DNA of 59,749 nucleotides, the filler included, from Sphacelaria rigidula (lineage: Eukaryota), in assembly GCA_964200075.2 (NCBI GenBank). It is 7 parts of 7 records of this genome, joined end to end, with 100 filler letters (N's around TTAATTAATTAA, not from the genome) between each part and the next. Parts side by side here need not be neighbours in the genome. Positions count along the whole stretch, not along the records: positions 1 to 8,450 come from CAXNAA020011092.1; positions 8,551 to 17,000 come from CAXNAA020011093.1; 5 more parts are not named here. One strand, given 5' to 3'. The notes below the pieces were generated by a model that was not told where the DNA came from, ran no database searches, and saw nothing but the letters and a program-made list of their open reading frames with translations. The position numbers were made by a program, and so were the translations under genes. This document shows, one piece after another, positions 1 through 12,900 of the stretch (the stretch's first letter is position 1; every line of letters begins with the position of its first letter).

Positions 1-1920
1 GCCTTCTCGATCGGTACGTATCCTGCAGGGCACCCGATGGAGTTGCACTTGGGGGGCATGTTGCGGTCGTCGTGCGTGATGCAGCACTTGCCCTTCGAGC
101 AGCCGTCACGGCCGCACTTGTCGTACTGCGTGTCGGGGTTGGGGATGAAGTTCTCCGGGCAAGCGTAGCCCCAGCAGAACGACTCGCAGCACTGCTTCTC
201 CCTGCACTCGCCGTCGTCGCACTCCACCTCCCACGCCTTCTCGATCGGTACGTACCCTTCGGGGCACCCGATGGAGTTGCACTTGGGGGGCATGTTACGG
301 TCGTCGTGCATGATGCAGCACTTGCCCTTCGAGCAACCGTCGCGACCGCACTTATCGTCCTTCGTGTCGGGGTCGGGAATGAAGTTCTCCGGGCAAGCGT
401 CGCCCCAGCAGAACGACTCGCAGCACTGCTTCTCCCTGCACTCGCCGTCGTCGCACTCTACTTCCCACGCCTTCTCGATCGGTACGTATCCTGCAGGGCA
501 CCCGATGGAGTTGCACTTGGGGGGCATGTTGCGGTCGTCGTGGGTGATGCAGCACTTGCCCTTCGAGCAGCCGTCGCGCCCGCACTTGTCGTCCTTCGTA
601 TCGGGGTTGGGGATGAAGTTCTCCGGGCAAGCGTAGCCCCAGCAGAACGACTCGCAGCACTGCTTCTCCCTGCACTCGCCGTCGTCGCACTCCACCTCCC
701 ACGCCTTCTCGATCGGTACGTATCCTGCAGGGCACCCGATGGAGTTGCACTTGGGGGGCATGTTGCGGTCGTCGTGCGTGATGCAGCACTTGCCCTTCGA
801 GCAGCCGTCGCGACCGCACTTGTCGTTGACTGTTTCAGGGTTGGGAATGAAGTTCTCTGGGCAAGCGTAGCCCCAGCAGAACGACTCGCAGCACTGCTTC
901 TCCCTGCACTCACCGTCGTCGCACTCTACCTCCCACGCCTTCTCGATCGGTACGTATCCTGCAGGGCACCCGATGGAGTTGCACTTGGGGGGCATGTTAC
1001 GGTCGTCGTGCGTGATGCAGCACTTGCCCTTCGAGCAGCCGTCACGGCCGCACTTGTCGTACTGCGTGTCGGGGTTGGGGATGAAGTTCTCCGGGCAAGC
1101 GAAGCCCCAGCAGAACGACTCGCAGCACTGCTTCTCCCTGCACTCGCCGTCGTCGCACTCTACCTCCCACGCCTCCTCGATCGGCACATATCCTGCAGGG
1201 CACCCGATGGAGTTGCACTTGGGGGGCATGTTGCGGTCGTCGTGGGTGATGCAGCACTTGCCCTTCGAGCAACCATCGCGACCACATTTATCATCCACCG
1301 TATCGGGGTTGGGGATGAAGTTCTCCGGGCAAGCGTAGCCCCAGCAGAACGACTCGCAGCACTGCTTCTCCCTGCACTCGCCGTCGTCGCACTCTACTTC
1401 CCACGCCTGCTTGATCGGTACGTATCCCTCGGGGCACCCGATGGAGTTGCACTTGGGGGGCATGTTACGATCGTCGTGTTCCATGCAGCACTTGCCCTTC
1501 GAGCAGCCGTCACGGCCGCACTTGTCGTCCATCCTATCGGGGTTGGGAATGAAGTTCTCCGGGCAAGCGTAGCCCCAGCAGAACGACTCGCAGCACTGCT
1601 TCTCCCTGCACTCACCGTCGTCGCACTCCACTTCCCACGCCTTTTCGATTGGCACGTACCCCTCGGGGCACCCGATGGAGTTGCACTTGGGGGGCGTGTT
1701 GCGGTCGTCGTGGGTGATGCAGCACTTGCCCTTCGAGCAGCCGTCACGGCCGCACTTGTCTTCACGCGTGTCGGGGTTGGGAATGAAGTTCTCCGGACAG
1801 GCGTAACCCCAGCAGAACGACTCGCAGCAGTTCTCGATGGAACACTCACGGTCTTCACACTCCTCCGTCGATGCATAGGGAATCGGCACGTATCCGGCCG
1901 GGCACGCTACAGAGTTGCAA
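1..1920 (-). repeat. Coding tandem repeat, 234-bp unit, about 8 copies
   Basis: The gccttctcgatcggtacgta motif and its variants recur at 1, 235, 469, 703, 937, 1171, 1405 and 1639; the copy nearest the acceptor is diverged. Confidence 0.97.
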
Positions 1921-4900
1921 AGCTGTTTCGTTCGAAATATGGGTGGAGGGGTGAAGGGAGAGGGCACGCACAAAATTTCATCAGGCAAAATACGAAAACT
2001 GTAGGTGAGGAGGGGAGGAAGGACGCCAAGTATCACTGACCTTGCCTGCACATGTGCGTGGTATGTTCCGGCTTATCCCTCTCCGCGACTTTGTATGTCT
2101 ACAGAAGAAATGCCCCCCAAGACGGCTGCTCATGTTCCATGATGTTACTTAATAAAATGCCCTCCTCCACAAACGAACATTCGGGGGGCATTCCGGGGCT
2201 GACTCAATGCCCCGTGGTGAATTTCGAGTGCAAAGCGCGGAGGTTTCAGCTCTCGAAGATAGTGGCACTTGAAGACTTCAAATCCCGTACAGAATGTTGT
2301 CGAGTGGAGAAACTGGATTGTACCACATTCTCATGTCCATGACCGAATGTCAAGAAAAGCGATCACGTTCGAGATCAGTCCGTCATGCGAGAGAGGACGC
2401 CGTGTTGAGGGGACCGCATCTTCGTTCCGAAAAACTGCAGGATCGACTCTCACTCGCCCTTGACCCTAGTTGCAACACCCAACCATAGGGATGATGTCCT
2501 AGCCCAATACGATATTTCGTCTCTTAGGCACGAGATCTTCGCACGCACTACACGGATACGCGCTTCCTCTATTCGGGTATTTCGGACAAGACACATTTCC
2601 ACATTTGGGATGCTGTCGAGTTCTTCTCGATCCTGGCATGATACAAGCTACCCCTGGCATGATACAAGGAAACGATTTGGCTTGTTGCCGCACCACTTTT
2701 TCGTGTTTCGCTACGGCATGTGAAACCCACGGTGAATAAGGGATACAAACGAATCTTGACTCACCGGTTTCTCGCGCATTAACGAACTTTGGTCATGGAG
2801 ACCCTGGGCAGCTTCATCTGCGATACGCGATCAATCACGAAGCCGAAGGTGGGGAGGAGGGTCGGCCGGAAGGTGGGGGGGTGACATACACAGCACAGTA
2901 TCCATAATTGACCCTCGATCCTACTTCGGCATGATCGTCATCGGTGCAAGTATTCCCGTCACTCGACGACTTCCACCACCGTTTAGTGCATCTCAATGCT
3001 CATCTCCAAAATTCCCCACCCCTACTACTTCAACAAGTCAGTCGATCCCTCGAATCCGTGGTCGTAGATGTAGGTTTCTATTCACAATCTCTCCTGCTGT
3101 TCCTCAGGAGACATGAAACACAGCACATCAAATAGCAGATGGGAGAAAAAAAAGAACCTGATGAGAAATAGCTCCTCCCGACTCTATCGGGGTGAACAAG
3201 GATTTTCTTCGCATGTTGCTAAAACGCGTACCGAAATAAAAAGCATCAAACAACTATTGAAAAACAACGGCGAATCAGAATGTCCACCAGGCGAGGGTGT
3301 AAAGTCTGACCATGTGCAATCTTTGATACCAAGGGGTTCGGGACGGCAGGTACTCTGGTGGGGACAATACGCGACGGGCTCCTGCATATCCTCCAGGGGG
3401 CCGAAGGGCAAATGGATATCTGAAATCAATGTACATGTAGAAGCCTAGCTTCATCCTGGATTGTGTTCGTGGCGGACAGGACCGACAGGCGTATCCGGGC
3501 AATTCGACCACGGTCTACAATTCCACTAACTGCAATCACGTCAGTTTAATTCGAACCAATCGATTTGCACAACGATCACGTGGCAACTACTCACGGCACG
3601 TGTCATACGGGTGGTGGGTGAAGGGGTACTCGTCATCTTACATCCATGATCATTCATAGCTAAAGACGTCGGGGAGTGCGGGGAGACGCTAAATTGGCAT
3701 CAGGCGCTGTAGTCATGTGCAATCGTTGGTATGTAAGGTGTGCCAGCTGACTGGTCTAGGATAATCCCGTGCCCGGCCGTAGGCAAGTAGAGGAATTGCG
3801 CGCTGAATTCTCGACGACACTGTCAACACCAATATGCTCAACGTTCGGGCGGATGCGAACATCAATTGGAGAAAACGCAGACTCTCCGAAAATCAAGAAG
3901 TACGTTTGCATCCCTCGGTGGTGTGCGTACTTGTGTGGTGCAGATGCTGGTGCTATTTCAGACTTGAATACCCCAACCTGGCGCATGAGGATACTTCTCG
4001 TGCACCACCGCTCCTCTTGAATCCAAGTGATACAGGAGAGGCTCCAGTATTCGAGGTAACGAATTCGATTTCTTTTTCATTCCGTCAGTCAGCTTTGTAT
4101 ATTATACTCGCCATTTTTCTCATTCTTTTAGTCAGCGGCAGCGCCGTACGTCACCAGGTTGGTCTACAGGTCGTGTTTACGCAAGGCGAGGTGATCTGGT
4201 GAACTCCATGACATGTAACAGTGTTTTCGTGAGATTGAAGAGTAGATGGTAAGATTGAGAGTGGAAAGCGGTTCATCAGTGAATGAATCGTTTCAGTTCC
4301 GAAATGCACTATTACGGGGCCCAACATGCTTCCTGCAATAATACCTGGCCACTGAGGCACTTGATATCCCTGGGTAGGATATCGACGTGTAGCTGCAAGC
4401 ATACGCAAGTTATTAGGTAGAGAAGAGCACACGTGGAATAAAAAAATGACTCGCTTCAAGGGAATGATCAAAGCTACTCTCAATCGTATCATCTACCCTC
4501 AATCTCACGAGGACACTGTTTGGTAACATGCAATTACGGGTAACTGCTGGCCCAACTCGTACCTTTCACGAGGTATGGAGAAAATATGCAAGTTTGATTC
4601 TATGCACATGTACCGTGGTTGATTTCTTCAGGAAGAGTCTGTTATTCTGAATGATATCGGTCAAAATGTGAGGATGCTGAAATGGGTGGTACTTCGCCGA
4701 AGTCGACACTGTAGAGGTGCAGATCAGGTTCGCGATACCGAATGCAAGGATTGTTCTGTACAGAAAGGTCAAGTATGCATGGACGCTGGAGACGAGAGAG
4801 AAAAAACAAGCATGTTGCGAAAGCCGAAATGGGTGACGGAGTGATTGCCGTTGAACGCATCGCTGTCAACGATCAGGACACCACAACCAAGAGCGTGAGG

Positions 4901-5885
4901 CACACCAGTTCAGGGCTATTTCGAAGGCGCATGTCTACTCCTTGGACAGATCCCATCATCGACATCCAAGGCGGACTTTCTCCTCACAATGTGACCCATA
5001 CATTGACCTGGCATATCTTTCGGTACCCGATGATCCGGCAAAAGTTCGTGCACGTGCACACCGGCATTTTGTCATGTGTAATCTCAGGCACACTTGACTG
5101 TTTCACTCCACTGTTCAAGAGTAGTCGTTCTGTGGCGCTCCTGCCATGCGTGCCCGGGGAGCCAAGAATCGCATGAGAGGTATCTCGGTTCACCGATGAA
5201 ATCCACAACATCTCACGGGTTCGTGGCAGTCTCTAGCGGAGATCAGAGGCCATATCCGAATGGGCATATAGACCAAGACGCGATCCAATGAAATAGCGGC
5301 AGAAACTCATGTGTCGATTGGCCCGAAAGGATATATCGCACATGTACGGGGGCGAATTGGCAAACCGTTGCTGAACAAGCACAGTTGAACACTGTGAACG
5401 TGAGCAAGGCGAGCATGCAACGGCGACCCTCCTCGTGAGACCCCATCAGGTAGTATACCACAGATACATGACTCCAAGGAACGCTGTGACTGATGGCCTC
5501 GTGATCACCGGTGCCCACACTGTTGGGCGCGTACGCATCACCCAGCGCGGTGACAGCCGTCATCGTGCAATTTACAGCCCAACAGCGCTTTTCTTCTGGT
5601 ACGGCCTGCGACATGTACACATTGCATAGCGGGAATCACTTCTCGGTCTTCCCTCGTGCACACAGGTACAGTTGTACACCACGCAACATCCCTGAGGCAT
5701 CAATACGAACTCCTTCTCACTTGCCGCGGAAGACATGTATCCGACACATTTTGAGCCGCCGTCAACAATGACCAAATGTGTACTATGCCTGCATACCCAC
5801 ACATACCTCCAGCTGCAGCAACACCGACGATGCTGGTGAGGGCAATGAGCGCCACCACCCCGGTGGCCCCGGCTACCGTCATCAT
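1..5885 (-). CDS. Secreted cysteine-rich tandem-repeat protein; 3 exons, 3'-truncated by the contig edge
   Basis: Exon 1 is 5885-5807 (MMTVAGATGVVALIALTSIVGVAAAG, signal-peptide-like, donor G|gtatgt, phase 1). Exon 2 is 2817-2765 (DEAAQGLHDQSSLMREKP; acceptor cag, donor gtgagt, phase 1 to 0). Exon 3 is 1922 to <1 (acceptor aaacag|, phase 0) and reads LCNSVACPAGYVPIP... then ~8 copies of KCNSIGCPAGYVPIEKAWEVECDDGECREKQCCESFCWGYACPENFIPNPDTQYDKCGRDGCSKGKCCITHDDRNMPP with no stop. All phases are compatible. The ORF track misses it because the frame runs off the contig. Confidence 0.85.
4190..4520 (-). repeat. Dispersed repeat family A (copies also at ~58005-58270 and ~58620-58940 on +)
   Basis: Shared sequence such as catttcggaactgaaacgatt and ctttccactctcaatc; the spurious translations of the 4190 and 58620 copies share RYPTQGY and HFGTETIH. 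Confidence 0.75.
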
Positions 5886-8363
5886 GGCAACAGACAAGCG
5901 AGCTCTCCGAGTTCAAGTACTGAAAGGAGTGGTGGGGCGTGGGTGTCGTTAGTCTCTCTCCGGGTGTGGCGCGTCGGGCAAGTGAGAGGACGGGGGGGGC
6001 GGGGGGATTGAGTCCAGTGTATATTAAAGCATATCCAGTATCCACGCCACTACATGTACAATTTTACCGGAATGCGGCGTTTTTACGACGCGAACATCGG
6101 TAGATCATTATTTTTGTGCTGCTCACATTGGGGCAGCTTCGGACACACTTAGTCCGATGTCGAAACTTCATTTCATTTCGTTTTTATTCGTATCATTGTT
6201 CTGTAGTCTCAAGGGCCCCAGGTCCACTCACTGCTACAAGATGACTGAGTTCAATCCACCTGTGCAGTACATGAATGTTCATCCTATTGTCCTTGTGCAC
6301 TCATTTGGGGGTCTCAGCAAGAGGGGTACATTGTGTCTCGTATCGTCCATCTGCTTTGAAAAATCCTCGGACATGGAGCACGAAAGATGAGCGTGTGCAC
6401 CGAGCACACTCAACTGTATCCCGAGGGTAGGTTCGTATGTTCCTTTACGCGCGGGAAAAACCCCTGACTACTATGTACTGCAACGTCTTGCTTTTGCAGA
6501 GAAATCAACGGTTTTGCAACCCTTACACAGTATCAAACTATTGATGAAAATACGACAAAGGCAAGACTCCACGTGGACCAGCACCCGCCTGTTGTTGTAA
6601 GTAATATTATCGATAGTTCATGTTGGTTATACTGTAGTCTCCTACAGCACAACAATATACATATATATATACCTAGATTTGCATCAAGGTTGAAGGTTCA
6701 TCTATCGCGCAAAAGTTACACTTGGGGCACGTCCTACTCCTCATTTGGAATTTGGGAAACGTAATCCCATTCAAGGATCAGTATACCCACAGACTGGAAC
6801 TTCGGGGTGATTGAGTATCTTGTTGTTCATAGTGGTTGTAGAGTTGTGGGCGATTTCCCGATTTTGTACTTTGCGCGACAGGATTCCGAGGTGAGCACCG
6901 GAAAAGATGACCGAGTCGCGGGGGAAGGTGGTACGCGTCGCGAAATAAAGATTATCTGTACGAGTATATAGGTGAAGGTTCGACATCGTGATCATACAAA
7001 CAAGATACCAGGTATTCCTATTTGGGGAACCTCATGACCGATGCTTGTGTTCTATGTTGTAACGAATGCCTCAACGGCAAGATCAAGGGGTCGGGCAACG
7101 GGATGGTAAAAAGTTATTCCCCAGATTTATTTTGGATTGATCTGGACTGTGCGTGTGCGATCCGTAATGTACGGAATTTGACTATCCAGGAATTTGTTGG
7201 GGGTGACGTGCGTTGCAGAAACCCGAAGGCGTTTGGTCACATGTCCGCCGAGAAATCCATAGCAGGCGAGGTCGGCCATGCGCAACAGCGTGCGCCCTGG
7301 CACCATCGCTGTTCCATCGAAAAGCGTGAAACACATGACATGGGTACGTAATACCCCCTGCTGAATTCAGACGATACAAATTAAATATACAGTAAACAAT
7401 ACTACGTAGTATATATTATAGGGTGTGGCGGGTCCGGCCGTTGGCTGTTACGCATGTCGATCAGACATCTTCACCCACAGCGTTGCTGTGCTCGATCGAG
7501 GTATATAACACCCTTCCTTGCTGCCAGCAGGGAAGCCCTGCAGAAGCGCTAGCGGGTAGGTGCTTCTGTGACAACTGTCTGTCCTCCGTCACATCATACG
7601 TACACAGTCGTTCGCCCGAACCTGACTTGTCCAGCACACCTCTCACAACCTTTCTTTGACCGCCCACACATATCACTCCACCGATCTTGTGAGGGAGTAC
7701 TCAACAAAAGACTCGTCTAGTGACCTAAAGTCTCATGAGATGAACAGGCGTTTTACAACAGTCTTCCCAGACCCGTAAATTGCCATTTTTTTACAAGAGT
7801 CTTCTCAGACCCATAGATCGTCATTTTTTTTGTCAACTGTCCGATGACCAAGGCCGTTTTCTCACGGTTTGTAGTTTTGTTGGGCGGGCACTTTCCTTTT
7901 GGGATATTTGACGAGGCCTTTGGCTGCTCCTCCAAACGGGCTATCGCCATCACACGTCTTGGACATTTTGCATCGCCCCAGACTCATCCTACGAAAAGGG
8001 GGGGGGGGGGGGGGGGGGGGGGGAGTATTTCGAGTCACTTCTTGCACACAGCTCCACATCCCCATAAAAATTCTCCATCGCGATTTCCATCCTCTCGAGG
8101 GTAAAATATCCTCTAGAGGGTATATCATCCCCAGGTGCGGTCATAAACGAATCCTCTGGAGGGTTTCTGATGCTCCAGTGACTTCTGAGGTCTGAATCCC
8201 TCGAGAGTAACAAAAAAGATGGTGCTCTGAAGGGCTGCGCATCCTCCAAATTCTTCCGGAGGGATGCGCGGCCCTCCAGAGGCAAAATACGCCTATGGAG
8301 ACGTGTGATCTCCCCCCTCTGGAGGGTCGCGCACCCTCCTTTGGAGGCGTTCAATTCCTGTGG

Positions 8364-8450
8364 AGGGATGCGTGGTCAATAAAGCAACTCGAAAGGGATG
8401 CGTGGTCAATGGTCAAACGACTAAGGCAAGCAACAAATGAGTACGCCCCC
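8364..8450 (+). mobile_element. 3' terminal fragment of a non-LTR retrotransposon (LINE), C-run-ended family
   Basis: gaaagggatgcgtggtcaatggtcaaacgactaaggcaagcaacaaatgagtacgccccc matches the end of the longer copy at 25651-26125. Confidence 0.75.
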
Positions 8451-8550
8451 NNNNNNNNNNNNNNNNNNNNNNNNNNNNNNNNNNNNNNNNNNNNTTAATT
8501 AATTAANNNNNNNNNNNNNNNNNNNNNNNNNNNNNNNNNNNNNNNNNNNN
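8451..8550. other. Artificial contig linker (N44-TTAATTAATTAA-N44)
   Basis: Identical 100-bp spacer with stops in all six frames, recurring every 8,550 bp. Confidence 0.98.
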
Positions 8551-8699
8551 CCCTCCTGCCCTTCCCGTTCTCACCTTATCCACCCACGCTTCCTTTTATT
8601 TGTTTTTTTCTTCCCCCCCCCCCCCCCCCCCCCGGGAACGAGCCAAGCTCTGTCTTTTTGTCCCTTGTACAGTATCCCTTTCTCTACGTACGTTCACTT

Positions 8700-9025
8700 T
8701 TATGTTATCTTTTTTCCCGATTTTTTTCCCTTCTGTTCTCTGATCACGAGTTGGGTTGTTGCAGTCAGCTACGTGATGCGAGATAATCAGCTCGTGGTGT
8801 TGTCTGTGTCTGTGTCTGTGTCTGTGTCTGTGTTTGCGTGTGTTATTTTTATTGCTGTTGTTGACGCTGGTTCCTCTCTTCTTTCCTCTCTGTGGCTATT
8901 GCTTGTGTATTTTTTCCTGCTCCTTTCCTTCTTGTCTTTTTTTGCTTTCTCTTTTGTTGCTCCGGACTAAGGGCTGGATCGTTGCAATCAGCTAATGTGA
9001 GATGAATGAATGAATTAATGAATGT
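8700..9025 (+). mobile_element. Probable retroelement (LINE/SINE) 3' end with (ATGA)n tail
   Basis: Pyrimidine-rich body with internal (TGTGTC)n, ending in gctggatcgttgcaatcagctaatgtgag followed by atgaatgaatgaattaatgaatg. Confidence 0.45.
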
Positions 9026-9080
9026 TCATAGATTATAAAGTGGCACGTTTTGCTGATCACCCCTGACATATTCTACGATA

Positions 9081-9111
<31 letters not shown>

Positions 9112-9206
9112 CCCCACCCCCCGGGGCCGCGCCACAACCGTCCCAAGCACAAACAACAAAATATTAAAAAGGGGATCTTTTTCTCCCCCCCCCCCAAATT
9201 TTCCCA

Positions 9207-9238
<32 letters not shown>

Positions 9239-9964
9239 GGTGCCTGGTTTGGGGAAGGAAACTCTTCACGTCGATCAAAATTGAAAAAACCGAGCACAAC
9301 GAGAAGCTGGGAATCCCCACGCTTCGGTTCAATCTCGCCATTGTCGCTCATATGAGGCGCTTCATGCAGCCTGAACCCGAACATCAGGCGCTGCATCAGC
9401 GTTTTTTTTGGTGACACTTTTGGACTGGTTTCGGAGGGGGAGAGTATCGTGGAAAGTGTCACCCACAAAAAAATAGAAACACGAAACACAACCACGGAAG
9501 TTTGAAGTATTGAAGCCTGACGCCTGTCGGTCTGTCTGGTGACCTGTCACGCGACATGGAGCACTTGCGGGCAGCTAGCTGCAGATGGCGTATGAAGAAT
9601 GATCGCAACTTTGTATATGGTAGTCGCTTTCGTCCAAGTATAACAATGGGTTGTATACCACAAACCGATGATGAACAAGTACAGGACTCCCACCCAACAA
9701 CAACAACCTCCGATGGATAAGGTCGACCGTATGATCCCACCGCTCGCTCGTCTGAGGGACCGAGAACACTGAATGACGCCCCCCGCCCCCGCCTCCCCGG
9801 AACAATGTTGAAATTCACACAAGAAATGCTGTTGCCTTCCGAAACTCATGATGACCAAAAAAAAGACTGGCGGCAGAACGAACGTGTGCAACTACAAAGT
9901 GGAAAGCAAATAAGTCAACGCGACTGCAACCGATCATCGTGGTCGGATTCACCCTCTCTTACAC

Positions 9965-12900
9965 CTACGCTCCCTCAAGCTCGGACCCTGGTGGGTTCAG
10001 AGACGGCTCCCACAGAACGCTCCCGTCAGAGGTTTCGACGGCAATTCGTCCCTCTGGGGAAGCCGCCAGCTCTGACTCTCGGATCTCCCGCCCGGTCTTG
10101 CTCAACATGGAGATCGATGTCTTCCAGTATCCCTTGGGCTTCGGTGTCTGGTACAGGATCTCGGTCTTTTCGGTCTTTCTCTTTCTCCAGCCCAAGAAGC
10201 CGCCACGTGACTTGGCGTGAGGTGTCGTGCCCGCCAGGGTCATCCGTCCCTTGTCCATGTAGAGCTGGTTTGGGCGGAGATGGGGGACACGGGAGCCGTG
10301 CGTCGGAACGGGGGGAAAGAATGGTGGATTAGTGCTCACGGTGTTACCTTGTGTCGTGTACGACATACGGGACTTCCAATGTATTGCATTATGCGGATCG
10401 GGATGTTCTCGGGTATGTAAACACAAGCGCTCCATGTAAAGTATTTTTCTGTCGTTGCGACGTAGGAGCGGCCGTTTCTAAGTACACGTATCGATGATTT
10501 GTTGAGACGATTGATCAATTGTCGTCCATGGACTGATCTACTATGGATCTAGCCGTCGCGATAAAGGTAGACGTATCCCGAAGATCAGCGCGTAAAGACC
10601 TCCGTTTGCAAAAGAAAAGCATGGGGAGAAAAACTAAACGAGAGCTAGACGAAAAATAAACACGGCATAAAAACGACGGGGTGAATAAGAAATACGGAAA
10701 AGTGAATAAAAGAAGCAGCACAAGACAAACGCCGAGGAAAACGTCGATAAACAAACGAGCAAGAACGAGACTCGAGGGAGGACGAGATGTATCGATCTTA
10801 CTGGAGTACATTATCATGGTCTCGATCATGATATCTATCACACTTCAAGTCCGGGCTGTACGACGATCCAGCTGGCAGTCGTTCGTCTCCCCCGCCCCCC
10901 CACGGAGCCCGTGACACGGTGTCCAGTACACGACGACTGCAAAGTCCCACCTTCATGTCACGAATCTCCTTCTGCAGGCCGTCATCAACCCCCTTGTCAG
11001 GCTGCGTCGGGGCCTGGGCAAGATTGAAACGCGCGCCGGGACAAAATCGCACTTCGTTGAAGCAGGGCAGATGAGATGACAGCACTGACTTCCACTTTTA
11101 GAACACCCCACTTATGAGACACACCATGAGCGAGTCATCATCAAGCGTCGAGAACTAGAACAATCCTTTTTGCCAGCTTTACTACGTGGCGAACACCTTT
11201 GTTCAGGTGGATGGCACTCACCACTTCCTCTACCTGGGGCTTGATGCCGTCGTACTCGTCGTTTCTTTTTGTCGTCCTGCCGCGAGTGAACTTTGCCTTG
11301 ATTGCCCTGCCCGCTCTTCGATACCAGCGGGACTCTCTCTTGTTCCTCGCCTCCTCGATGCCATCCACCTAAACGTTTTTAGCAATGAACAACGACCGGT
11401 GGGGAGAAAGCGAGTGAGGGATGATAACGTTACAGTACGAAGTCGGTGACATGGCAATTGGAATGTGTACAATTCGTTCTCAAGTACTCACGGCAGGTGC
11501 TCACAATCTTGACATGTGTACCAATTGTCTGGAAGTGCAAGCCAACCGCCCGACAGAATGGGTAGGGGTGAAGCCCAATCGCCATCTCGACCGGTATGGA
11601 GTTCTCGTGGCAGCTTTCGACTCGCGTCGACAGGAATGGTGAACACGTGAACGTACTATGGACATGGCTTGGTAGCTGCGGTCTCGTACACGAGAGAGTA
11701 TATTACTTGCAGCACAACGCTCGACATGTCGACCAAACCATTCGTGCTGTACATCCGCGCTCAGCGAAATTGCATACAGTGGTCGACATCACGTTCCACA
11801 CTCATGCCTGATACTCCCAAGTCTCTCGGGCACGGTAGCAGTACAGCGACCGGAAAGGGGCCCGAAACGGCTAACGTGTGCGGAGGGGAAGATACTACAG
11901 CTACCCTCATATATTCATCAGAAAATATCGATATAACGCTGCATGTCCTCATATTCTCCCCCTATCCGGGGACGACGACAATAAGGCCGGGGTAGCGGTG
12001 GGAAGAAGGCACGTGTTTCCCCCCAATGGTTTGGAGGCGTTTCGAACCCACGGTGATGCACTCGATCCTGGTATGTATTCCCATGGGTTTCAGGCAATTC
12101 AGCTCTGGGTCCAGTACTGCCACGCAGGAACAAATATCACCTCGACATCTTCCAGGGGGGCGATTCGACAAACGAGAATGCTCAAGACCATCTACGGCCT
12201 AGGATATCAATATCGCCCGATCTCAACTCCCCCCACCTCCCGCACACCCCCTGCCACAACCACGGACGGTCTCACCTCCCACAGAATCATCTCCGACGCG
12301 TTCGGTTCGTACCCGGTGGTGATTCGAACCTTGCCACACTCGGATAACGATAGGCAGAGCCCGTCGGGGCGAGAGGGCGGTGCTGGTGAGGGCGAGGCGG
12401 CGGTGCAAGCAGAGCTCAGGTACTGACCAGGCAGCAACGGTGGGTCTCTGGGGCCCAACCTAGAACGCGCGGCGCAGACCTGCGAAAAATACAACCAAAT
12501 TTAGGGGAAAGGCGATACATGTCAAATCCCATGTTCAACACAAGTAACGAACCTCCGGTAGACTAGGATATACTTGTTGAGACCAGGGCAACACAAAGAT
12601 GTTGTTGGCGTCGTTTTGGTCTACCGCGTCCTGAAACGAGGTAGGGTGCGTCGGGGGGCAGCGGGTCGTACGGGTATACACGGGAAATACTGGAGCAAGA
12701 AAATCACAGGCATTATTATCTGCAGCTTGCCGCCAAACATCCATCTGTGATATGTGCACCACTAGACCCAAGTGCAGTGTACTCCGACCCCATTCCTGCT
12801 ACTGCTGCAGAATGTGTCACGCGAAGTCAGCGTTATGATACGGGATGTGACACATTGAGGGTGGGTGTTCTTGTTGAGAATGAACCTTGGGGACCTGATA

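Noticed and set aside
1-1920. Regular repeats as a CRISPR-like array
   Set aside because: The units are contiguous 234-bp in-frame coding repeats with no unique spacers, and no cas genes are present.
72-2039. 655-aa plus-strand Ala/Val/Leu-rich ORF
   Set aside because: It is the antisense shadow of the minus-strand Cys-rich repeat exon, which has the splice sites, signal peptide and invariant Cys pattern.
2900-3900. Faint resemblance to a decayed LINE endonuclease region in intron 1 of the Cys-rich gene
   Set aside because: Only weak fragments (VVGVGNFGDEH...NGGG) among many stops; not enough to call.
8495-8506. TTAATTAATTAA as a biological motif
   Set aside because: It is embedded in N runs and identical at all six junctions, so it is a synthetic six-frame stop linker.
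9080-9235. Long poly-C tracts giving poly-Pro/poly-Gly ORFs
   Set aside because: These are homopolymer runs of uncertain length, and the ORFs are low-complexity artefacts.
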